A stretch of DNA of 64,000 nucleotides from positions 4,314,117 to 4,378,116 of the forward strand of contig NC_083410.1 of assembly GCF_020745735.1 (NCBI RefSeq), given 5' to 3'. The position numbers and the translations under genes were made by a program. Below the pieces are notes generated by a model. It worked only from the letters and a program-made list of their open reading frames with translations, was not told where the DNA came from and searched no databases. Shown piece after piece: positions 38,491-49,349 of this stretch. Position 1 is the stretch's first letter; every line of letters starts with the position of its first letter. Source of the DNA: Hemiscyllium ocellatum. Its lineage: Eukaryota.

Positions 38491-40142
38491 TTTGAAATAA
38501 AGGCCTACTCTCCATTTGCCTTCCTTCTCACCAACAGAAAGTTGATGGTAATATTTTGTGATTCATGAATGAGGACTCCCAAATCCTTCCATTCTGAAGC
38601 TTTCTGCAGTCTTTCCTATTTCAATAATATTCAGCTCCTCTGTTCTTCCAGACAAAGTGTATGGATCACATTTCTTCACATTATACTCCATCTGCCAAGT
38701 TTTTGCTTCCTCACTTCCAGTGTCAACATCCCTGGGCAGACTCTTTGTCATTACTTACATTCCCACCTATTGTTGTGTTATCCACATACTTGGTGACAAT
38801 ACATTCACATTCCTCATCCAAAACATAAATAAATACAGTAAGTAATTCTGGCCCCAGCACTGATTCCTGTGACACTCCAGTAGCTGCAGGTTACCATCCT
38901 GAAAATGTCCCCCTTATCCTCACTCTCTGTCTTCTTTTTCTAAGCTAATTTTCTATCCATTCCTGTAGACTACTGTCAACACCGTGGGCTCTTTTTACTA
39001 GCCTAATGTGTGAGACTTTATCAAATACTGACTGAAAATCCCTCGATATTACATCCACTGCTTCCTCTTTGACAAAAGGCCAAATACTGCAGATGATGGA
39101 AACCTGAAGCAAACATGGAGAATGTTGGAGGAACTCAGCAGGCCTGGCAGTATCTGTAGTGAGAGAAACAGAGTGAACATTTTATGCCTAATCTGAATCT
39201 TCTTTACAAATTAACGCTAACCTATAAACCGTTATTTAAGTTATTTTGTCCTGAATACTCTGTGCATTCAAGAGCCCTGAACATTATTTCCCCTGGTGGC
39301 CTCATTCACTTCTGTTTTTCTGTGTTTGCATCCTCTGTCTGATCCTGTCCCACTCTAGTTAAAGTTGTGCAAACAGTTACCCTATAATACTGCTGTCTCC
39401 TCTTGCTTTGACAGCCTCTGGATCCTTTCTCCCAAACATTGCTCCCTTCTAATTAATTTATAGCTCTCTCTATAGGCCTAGTTATTTGATTCACCAGGAT
39501 ACTGGTCCCAGCATGGTTCAAGTGAAGCCCATCCCGTTTATCCCAGTACTGGTGCCAGTGACCCATTTCATCCAGACCAAACTCTGAGTCACATACTGAA
39601 ATGCTTGATGTATTTACCCAGTGCCAGTTTCCCTGCAGCTCAGGCAGTAATCCAAGAATTCTTACCTTGGAGATTCTGTGTTATAATTTAGCTCCAAACT
39701 GTTCAAAGTCTTTCAGTGAAACCTTCTTTCTTGTGCTCCCAGTGTCATTGGTCCCAACATGGACAACGATGACCTGATCTTGCTCCTCCCTTTTAAGGTT
39801 CTTCTCCAGCCCTGAGGAGATATCCTCTCCCCAGGCTGTGGGAAGACAGCATATCCTTTGGGAACAATGCCCATGTCTGTAGGGAGCAGGACCTACACTC
39901 CCCCATTACACTGCATCCTCCCACAATGACATTGCTATTTCCTATCCCCACTTGAAACACACCCAGCCCCAAGGTATCATGGTCAGTTTGCTAATTCTCC
40001 CTACAGACTGCACTCTTGCCCACACAGCTTGCAGGAACCTGATAACTGCCAGATAATTGCAGCAGCTCAGGCTTAGTGTGGTGTCATGGAAAAGCCAGGT
40101 TGTACAGTGTGTCAATCCTGTTCACACACCGGCCCCACACCT

Positions 40143-40625
40143 TCCCCATCATCACTCACCCATCATACCCCCCCATCATCACTCACTCATCACCCCACCC
40201 CCATCATCAATCACCCATCGTCCCCACCTATCCCATTATCACTCACCCACCATCCCCACCCTACTCCTATCATCACCCACCCATCAACCCCACCCCACCC
40301 CCATCATCACTCACCCATTGACTCCACCACGCCCCCATCATCACTCACCCATCATCCCCACCTACATCCCATCATCACTCACCCATCATCCCCACCCCAC
40401 CCCCATCATCACTCACCCATCAACCCCACCCCACCCCCATCATCACTCATCCATCATTCCTACCCCCAACATCACTCATCCATGATCCCCATCTCCACTC
40501 CCATCATCACTCACCATCAGTCCCACCTCACCCCCATCATCACTCACCCATCATCCCCGCCCCACCTGCACCATCACTCACCCATCATCCCCACACCACG
40601 CCCAACATCACTCATCCAGCAGCCC
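40143..40625 (+). repeat. Low-complexity minisatellite (ccatcatcactcacccatcatccccaccccaccc-like units)
   Basis: Visible tandem repeats. The overlapping His/Pro-rich ORFs are artefacts. Confidence 0.9.
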
Positions 40626-43260
40626 CACCTTCGGAGATCTCTCTGCTGATTGAATGGATGCTTCTTGATCATTCCTGATTTACTATCTCTCCATCATTAT
40701 TCTTTGTAATGGATTGGTTGTGATTCATGGACATGGACCAATGTTTCCCATCAGAGTATCTACAGGGACAAAATGTGGTGTAGTAGAGTTAGGAGATGTA
40801 CGCTTCTAAGGTCTAAATCTGCGAATAAATATCAGATGGAGTAGAGATTGTCTCCAGTGTTTATGGCTTTGCAGATTAAAGTATTGTTGTTGTACCTTTA
40901 TTTTTCTGATCACTGTTCTCTGGAATTGAATCTTTCAACCTCTGCATCTCGCAAACTCTCTTTCCTTCTTTAAAGGTTTCTTAAAATCCAGTTAATGAAC
41001 TATTCATTGATTTTATTGTCAGTGTTTGAGGGACAGTCAAAGAATCACTGGACAAAAGCAGAAAATGCTGGGGTTCTGATAAAGAGTCATCAGACTCGAA
41101 ATGTCAACTCTTTTTTTTCCCACAGATGCTGCCAGACCTGTAAAGGTTTTCCAGCAATTTCTGTTTATGTTTCAGATCTCCAGTATCTGCAGTTATTTCT
41201 TTAATCAAAGAATCAATGGGATGGATTAGAGGTCAAACAATGAATTCCTTTCATAGAGATTAGGGACATGGATGAGACAATAGATGTTCCCATAGTACAT
41301 TCACCTTTCTGTGAAGTGCTGGCCTTGCTTTTATTTGCCTTCTGTTTCCGAGCTCCAGATTTCTGAATCTGTTTGTGGGAACTGCTGCCTCATCCATTTC
41401 CTGTTAGTTTGGTTCTGTCTGCTCCATCACGTTTTAGCTCAGCTTCGAATTTCATAATTTCATCTTCCACGACAGGAAACGGTTCTTCTGCTGTCTGTGA
41501 ATCTGTTCCTGTTTTCTCTCTCTCATTGTTCGAATCCTGAGGCTGTCTTTTTGTCTGTCTTGTGTTTCTTCACATTCATTGAATGGTTATGACAAGGCAA
41601 CAACAGAGAGAGGTGAGGGTTTCATTTCCCATTCCAGTAAACCCTGTCCACAATAGCTCCAGCTGTCTGTACAAGGGTTAACTGTCGTTTATGTTTCATC
41701 TTCTGTACTTTGCTGAATGAAAGCTGTTTCTCATTACCTAGTGGAAATTGTCCTGTGAGATAGTTGGAACCTGAAAGGGTTAACTCACATCACAAGATAA
41801 GCTCCACCATCAAGATAGAAAGGACAGTTCCTGAGAGAAGCTAACCAATTCTAAGTTCTTAGTTCAGTGGGATGGTCTTTATTGTGAAACAGTAACTTGT
41901 CCTTTTAAGTCCAGCCTGAGGTCTCCCAGAGACTCTCATGTCACTCAGATGGAATGTAACTCACTGTTCAGTATGATGTCACAAACCAACTCTGTTTATC
42001 AAGGCCGAGCCACTATTCTGCCAAAGAGTTCATGGGGTATCCTTCCCCACTTGCTCTCTGTACCTGAGAGGAATATCATGAAGAATGATTGTTGACACTG
42101 AATCTACACCAGCATCCCTGTTTTCACTCTACCTCTCTTCTTAAATAGTGGGGTTTCATTCACTATCCCCTAATCTATAGGGAATGTTCCAGAGACTGTA
42201 GAATCTTGGAAGATGACCACCGATGCATCCATTATTTCCAGGGCGACTTTCTTAAGTGTTCTGGGATTACTAAACCCTGGGGATTTATCGGCCTTCCATC
42301 TCATCAATTTCACCAATGCCATTTCTTGACCAATTTTGATTTCTTTAATTTCCTCCCTCTCACTAAAGCCTGCACACCTCATTGTTTCTGGAATGTACTT
42401 TACATCCTTCTTTGTGAACACAAAGCCAAATCCCTCTGTTCCTGACTGTAAGAGATTGACATTTATCTTCACTAATTTTTTTCTCATCATCAGAAGTAAC
42501 ACGATTCCAGGTTATTGTCCAATAGGTCACAAGTTCTTCACCTGAAGGTAAAGGACCAGTGCACTGAAAGCTAGTTATTTCAAGTAGACCCGTTGGACTG
42601 GAACTTGGTGTTGTGTGTGACTTTTGACATTGTGCACCCCAGTCTAACACTGGCACCCCCACAATCTTTTTCTCGTCACATTCCAACAGAAACCTTTACA
42701 GTCAGTTTGTATGTTCCCCTCAAGCTTACTCTGTTGCATTGCTTTCTCTTCCTGAATCAATCATTAATCAGTCACTACTTGGCTCTGTTGTCTTTTGGTG
42801 GAATTTGTTTGCCTCTTCCTGTTTATTTGCTGAGGCTGGAGAGACTGTATCTCTGTTGATCGTTGGGGAAATCTGTCCCTTTAAATGCTGCCTGGCTGCC
42901 TTTTCTATTGCAGCAGACCCTTCCCAGTTCCAATCCTCACATCTGCTGTGGATTGTCAGGAAGCCTTTCCCACTATGAATCATCCAGGGAAGAGGATTGC
43001 AGTGTGTGGCAAGTCAGCTTGTGTCAGACAGCGGTTCAACAGTGTGAGCTCAACATGTCACTGTTATAGCAACATCTGTATTGCTGTTCTCAGCACACAG
43101 TGACTGATAGTCAGGATATCAATCAGGAACAAACCATTACAACTGGTTCAATCTGACAACCTGTTCCCTCTCTTTAATGCTGGGACAGTCCCTTTAATTC
43201 CTCGCGGAAGTTTAGAAATATCAGACTGCGATTTGTTTATTGTTTTTTTTTATTTTGAAG

Positions 43261-43602
43261 GTGCAAACGCCCCAGTCCTTCTCCAGTCTCCGATCCTGGA
43301 ACGTGTCACTGAGGGTCACACTGTCCAGTTACAGTGCACCATGAGGAATGCTGCAGTGACAAACACCGATGTTTACTGGTACCGGGAGCAAGCAGGAAGG
43401 AGAGAGCGGATTTTGAGACATTCTACATTGAATTACGTACAGCGGTACTCAGGGTTCACTGAGCGATTCCAGTCTTCCAGAGACTCCTCCGGTAGCAACT
43501 TCATTCTGACCATCACAAATGTGCAGCCCAGTGACAGTGGAGCCTATTACTGCTCAGTCTGGGGAAGTGTCCTTGGTGGAGGAAGCCTGCTCATTGTAGA
43601 CA
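43261..43602 (+). CDS. Gene 2 V4: intact VJ-type Ig V exon (GANAPVLLQSPILERVTEGHTVQLQC...YWYREQAG...DSGAYYCSVWGSVLGGGSLLIVD)
   Basis: Acceptor tttttttttattttgaAG, donor GTAAGT at 43603 and a fully open frame. Has the B-strand Cys, C-strand Trp and F-strand Cys 71 residues apart, plus a GxGSxL motif. Confidence 0.93.
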
Positions 43603-44749
43603 GTAAGTAGAGTTTACACAACAATCACCTCCAGTATTAACCTCTTGACCAGTGAATGAATTGGAGGTCACTTTGTGATCAGGAAGGTTGAGGAGGTGAT
43701 GGAGAGTGATCTCGGGGATGGATTCACTGAGGGGAGGAAGCTGAGCTGAGGTTCAATGTTGCTGGGCAGCGGATGGTGGGAAGGTGATGTTTTGTGACAA
43801 CGGGAGAAGGGTTTTGTGGGAAATGTGGAGCTTTATCCTGGAGAACGAGTGATATTAATTCCATTTGACTCACAGGAGTGTCAGTGCCATCGGGCTGGAT
43901 GTGCAAAGTCAGGGAGATTGCTCTGTGAGGTGCAAGATCTGCAGGGGAAATCTCCCAGGGATTGGGAATGAACCATAGAGCAACAAAGGGTCACACACAT
44001 CTCTCTCCATTCCAGAGCCGATTGGTTCAATCCAGGTTAAAAGGAACCACTCCACATCGATAATGGGGTAAGGGGAGGGGCTTGCTCTCCATGACTTCCA
44101 CAGCTGAGACTGGGATTGAAGCTGGGATGTTGTCATTATTCTACATTATACTCCAGCCATCCAGACAACCTGAGTAGGGAAGAGGTCGGAGTTACCTAGA
44201 TCTTTGTGTTGAATGTTGCTGACAGCCTGGTTTCAGACCCCATCCTGGCTCAGGTAATTCCTGGGGTTTTTTCTTCTACTTGTCACATTAGGGGAGAGTG
44301 GTCAGTCAATAGCAGGTCAGATGTAATGCAGAGAGATGTGAGGATACTCTATTGGATGAAGAAATAAGAGCAGTGCAGACAATTTTATTTAAAATTGCAA
44401 TTCTAACAGATGTGCAGGAGCAGACAGAGGTGGAAGGATATTCTTTAGTTGAAAGAAAGTATCAACTTTATAAGAACTGCCCTTTAGAATTCTGTGTCAA
44501 AAGAGAACACTGAACAGAAACCCGTAGCGGAACAACATGAAAATGTATGGACTATGAGAAACTGGAATCTGGAACTGCTTGGCCTTTTCTTGGCTGAAGA
44601 CCATTTATCACATGATCACTTGAATCTGAAAGATCAATATGTTGTAGTTTATAAATTTCAAATTAATTTTGAATCATTTGAGGATGTTAAGAACAGATAA
44701 GAAATGGGTTTATCACATTCTCTGAACTGTCAGTTTTTGAATGCAGTTG

Positions 44750-44912
44750 AGTGTGTTGCTGGAAAAGCACAGCAGATCAGGCAGCATTGAGGAGCAGGAA
44801 AATCAACGTTTCGGGCACTAGCCTTCATCAGGAATTATGTCCAAAACATTGATTCTCCTATTCCTTGGATGCTGCCTAACCTGCTGTGCTTTAACCAGCA
44901 ACACATTTTCAG
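44750..44912. repeat. Second, more diverged palindrome of PLE termini
   Basis: tgtgttgctggaaaagcacagcag...ctgctgtgctttaaccagcaacaca arms. Confidence 0.7.
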
Positions 44913-45505
44913 CACAGCCAATATATCCTTAGTCTGGGGGGATAGAGGAATTGGGTGGGACAGAGTTTTGGAATTTGGTGCAAGGCATGTGGGTTTGAGA
45001 AACTGGATTCTGGATCTCTGAGCAGCTCCTGGCTATGCAATGACATTGGGTCAGTTGGTAATTAGGATAAACCCAGGGCCAGGGACACCCAGTCCCACTG
45101 GATATTCGGGGGCATTGTGTACAGTGGGAGGATTATGAGTAGTCAATCTCGGGGAAAAGTGATCATTCCGAGGAAAACAGTGAGCAGGATGGGGAGAGAA
45201 TGAGGGATCTTCACATAAGAATCTGCAGTATCTGAGCAATGAGTGGGTCACCAGATGGGGCTGAGATCAGGGAGAAGGGACTGGATGACGTGAGGAGTTC
45301 GGAGCCTCTCGTGGGGACAGGAAGTGGGGAGAGCCTGAGGCTGGGAGCTGTAATCAACAGCTGTCCTTTATTCAGGCAACGTCACTCTACACTCTGACCC
45401 AGCTGTTCCTCTTTATTTATTTACACTAATTGTTATGAAAGTTATTTAATTATTCAGGCATAGTTTGTTTGATCTGTTCCAACTCCACTGGTTCAATCTT
45501 ATTTT

Positions 45506-45813
45506 TAGATTAGATTCCCTAATCTGATCAGGCCCTTCCGCTCAACCAGTCCACACCGACCCTCGAAGAGTAATCCACCCAGACCCATTTCCCTCTGACT
45601 AATGCACCTAACACTGTAGGCAATTTAGCATTGCCAATTCACCTGGCCTGCACATCTTTGGACAGTGGGTGGAAACCGGAGCACCCGGAGGAAACCCACA
45701 CAGACACGGGGAAAATGTGCAAACTCCACAGACAGTTGCCTGAGGCCAGAATCGAACCTGGGACCCTGGAGCTGTGAGGCAGCAGTGCTAGCCACTGAGC
45801 CACTGTGCTGTCC
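45506..45813 (-). mobile_element. HE1-type SINE inserted upstream of V5
   Basis: Full tRNA-derived head (ggacagcacagtggctcagtggctagcactgc in reverse complement) and (tctaa)n tail. Confidence 0.85.
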
Positions 45814-45929
45814 ATCAACCTTATTCTGGTTCCCTATTTGTTACGCCTGAACTGTCCCTTTAAACAACTGGCAGTACATTGTAAACTGAAGATTTGATTC
45901 TTAAATTCTTGATGCTTTTTCCCCGAAAG

Positions 45930-46274
45930 GTGCATCTGGTCCAGTCCTTCTCCAGTCTCCGATGGTGGAACGTGTCACCAAGGATCACACTGCCCAGTTA
46001 CAGTGCACCATGAGGGACGCCTCAGTGGCACAGACCGATGTTCACTGGTACAGACAAGAACCAGGGCGTCATGTGAACCTATTTTTAACACATTACAGAA
46101 ATGGTTACATAAGACGGAGCCAAGGTTTCAATAATCGATTCCAGCCTTCCAGACACCATTCCAATAACAGCTTCATTCTGACCATCACAAACGTACAGCC
46201 CAGTGACACTGGAGTCTATTACTGCTCAGTTTGGGGAAGTGTCCTTGGTGGAGGAAGTCTGATCATTGTAAACC
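45930..46274 (+). CDS. Gene 2 V5: intact VJ-type Ig V exon (GASGPVLLQSPMVERVTKDHTAQLQC...HWYRQEPG...DTGVYYCSVWGSVLGGGSLIIVN)
   Basis: Acceptor gctttttccccgaaAG, donor GTAAGT at 46275 and an open frame with canonical V-set residues. Confidence 0.93.
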
Positions 46275-46542
46275 GTAAGTAGAGTTTCCTCTCCTCACAA
46301 TCTCCTTCACTAATAACCTCTTGCCCAGTGAATGAATTGGAGATCAGTTTGTGATCAAGAAGATTGAGGAGGTGATAGAGGGTGATCCCCGGGATGGATT
46401 CACCGTGGGGAGGAAGCTGAGCTCAGGTTCAGTCATGCCCAAAGTTGCCCCTCTGTAGTTAAGCTTCGGGGAGTATCTTTGGGAGTTAATGCCATTTGGC
46501 TGCAGAGCAGAAGAGGATGTTTCATCTTCACTGTGTCCTCAT

Positions 46543-46882
46543 GGGCCCCACGGTGGCTCAGTGGTTAGCACTGCTGCTGCACAGTGCCAGGGACCCAGAT
46601 TCAATTCCAGCCTCGGGCAACTGTGTGGCGTTTGAACATTCTTCTCATGTCTGCGTGGGTTTCCTGCGAGTGCTCCGGTTTCCTCCCACAATTCAAAGAT
46701 GTGTAGTTTAGGTGTATTGGCCATGCCAAGTTGCCCATAGTGTTCTGGGATGTGTAGGTTAAGTGCATTAGTTCAGGTAAATGCAGCGTAATAGGTTCAG
46801 TGAATGGGTCTGGGTGGGCTATTCTCCAGAAAATTGATGTGGATGTTTTGTACTGAATGGATTCTAATCTATTCTATTCTAT
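46543..46882 (+). mobile_element. HE1-type SINE
   Basis: cacggtggctcagtggttagcactgctg...gattcaattcc (A/B boxes), V-SINE core and (ttcta)n tail. Confidence 0.85.
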
Positions 46883-47699
46883 TCTACTCATGTTGGGCAG
46901 ATATTTGGAGAGAGTGGAAACAGCCTTGAGATGGTTGGAGGAGATAGAGGGACAATGCAGTGATGGGGGAGATGGAAAGGTTGAGCATGTTTCTGAGGGT
47001 GAAATGGTGATGGCAAGATGCTCGGGAATGGTGCCCTCGGCACAGCACAGCGATGCTCAGAATCTGGAGGAGAGACCACTGGTGCTGGGAGGAAGCTAGT
47101 GATAGGAACCATCAGAGGGGGACCCTGAGAGAGCAGTGCCGGGAGCTGCAATGTGTGTCTGAGACTTTCCAACAGAAGGTAAACTCAATATTTTTCAAAT
47201 GAGTGGAGAGCTGAGAGAGTAAGTGGATAGAGAGACAGTGAGACCCACAGTCACACTGAGATCGGTTGTGATGTCGATCAATGGAGACTCTGTGCTGGGA
47301 CTGAGAGTGAATCTGGATTCCAGGATCTGGAACAGGGAGTGGATACAAGCTGGTTCCCCATTGCAAGAGGCAAGAGGCAGTTGGATGGATGGTCTGGATT
47401 GTGGGGGCAGAGGGACTTTGTGTGGCGCTGCTGATTGGCCTGGGAAAGAGTATTGTTGAAGTGAGGGGCTCTGTGCTCATATTTCCCTCATACAGGCATT
47501 TGACTATTTGGATACATTTTCTGATAGTTCATTGAGGTTGTTAAGGAGCAGTTCCTTTTATATGGTATATTAGCAGCTTAGATAAATAAGGTTTCCAACC
47601 GTGACAAAGGGAGCTAATTTACTGGGACCAGACAGTAAACAGGGTGTGAGTACACAGTGTTTCAGTATCTTTGGTGCAGGTGGAGGGTAGCATCCAGAG

Positions 47700-49340
47700 A
47701 ACATAGAGTCATAGAGATGTACAGCATGGAAACAGACCCTTCAGTCCAACCCGTCCATACCGACCAAATATCCCAATCCAATGTAGTCCCACCTGCCAGC
47801 ACCTGGCCCATATCCCTCCAAACCCTTCCTATTCATATACCCTCCAAATGTCTTTTAAATGTTGCAATTGTACCAGCCTCCACCACTTCCTCTGGTAGCT
47901 CATTCTATACACATACCACTCTCTATGTGAAAACGTTGCCCCATAGGTCTCTTTCATATCTTTCTCCTCTCACCTTAAACTTATGCCCTCTTGTTCTGGA
48001 CTCCCAAACCCCAGGGAAAAGACTTTGCCTTTTTACCCTATCCATGCACCTCATAATTTTGTAAACCTCTATAAGGTCACCCCTCAGCCTCCAATGCTCC
48101 AGAGAAAACAGCCTCAGACTGTTCAGCCTCTCCCTATAGCTCAGATCCTCTAGCCCTGGCAACATCCTAGTAAATCTTTTCTGGACCCTTTCAAGTTTCA
48201 CAACATCTTTCCGATAGGAAGGAGACCAGAATTGCACGCAATATTCCAACAGTGGCCTAATCAATGTCCTGTACAGCCGCAACATGACCTCCCAACTCCT
48301 ATACTCAATACTCTGACCAATAAAGGAAAGCATACCAAACGCCTTCTTCACTATCTTATCTACCTGCAACTACACTTTCAAGGGCTATGAATCTGCACTC
48401 CAAGGTCTCTTTGTTCAGCAACACTCCCTAGAACCTTACCATTAAGTGTATGAGTTCTGCTAAGATTTGCTTTCCCAAAATGCAGCACCTCGCATTTATC
48501 TGAATTAAACTCCATCTGCCACTTCTCAGCCCATTGACCCATCTGATCAAGATCCTGTTGTAATCTGAGGTAACTTGCTTCACTGTCCACTACACCTCCA
48601 ATTTTGGTGTCATCTACAAACTTACTAACTGCACCTTTTTATGCTCGCATCCAAATCATTTATGTAAATGACAAAAAGTGGAGGACTCAGCACCAATCTT
48701 TATGGCAATCCACTGGTCACAGGCCTCCAGTCTGAAAAACAACCCTCCACCACCTCAAAGGTCTTCTACCTTTGAGCCAGTTGTGTATCCAAATGGCTAG
48801 TTCTCCCTGTATTCTGTGAGATCTAATCTTGCTAATCAGTCTCCCATGCGGAACCTTGTCAAATGCCTGACTGAAATCCATATAGATCACATCTACCGCT
48901 CTGCCCTAATCTATCCTCTTTGTTACTACCTCAAAAATCTCGATCAAGTTTGTGAGAAATGATTTCCTATGCACAAAACCATGTTGACTATTCCTAACCA
49001 GTCCTCGCCTTTCCAAATACATGTACGTCCTGTCCCTCAGGATTCCCTCCAACAACTTGCCCACCACTAAGGTCAGGCTCACCGGCCTATAGTTGCCTGG
49101 CTTGTCATTACCACCCTTCTTAAACAGTGGCACCACGTTCACCAACCTCCAATTCCTGGCACCTTACCTGTGACTATCGATGATCAAATATCTCAGCAAG
49201 AGGCCCAGCAATCACTTCTCTAGCTTCCCACCGAGTTCTACGATACACTTGATCGGGTCCTGGGATTTATCCACCTTTACCCATTTCAAGACATCCAGCA
49301 CTTCCTCCTCTGTAATATGGACATTTTGCAAGATTCACCA
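47700..49340 (-). mobile_element. CR1 LINE RT and 3' end
   Basis: VVPLFKKGGNDKPGNYRPVSLT, LERVQKRFTRMLPG and the tail catagagtcatagag. Confidence 0.9.
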
Positions 49341-49349
49341 TTTGGAACA

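Noticed and set aside
40057-40649. Long His/Pro-rich ORFs
   Set aside because: They are translations of a simple minisatellite.
43096-43135. CACAGTG heptamer with a loosely nonamer-like gaacaaacc upstream of V4
   Set aside because: The spacer is 24 nt with only a 6/9 match, it lies in intronic CR1 remnant upstream of the acceptor, and it flanks no coding segment.
1-46274. Rearranging TCR/Ig V-gene locus
   Set aside because: The J-like strand is already fused in each exon, each exon ends at a splice donor rather than an RSS, and no C1 exon was found.
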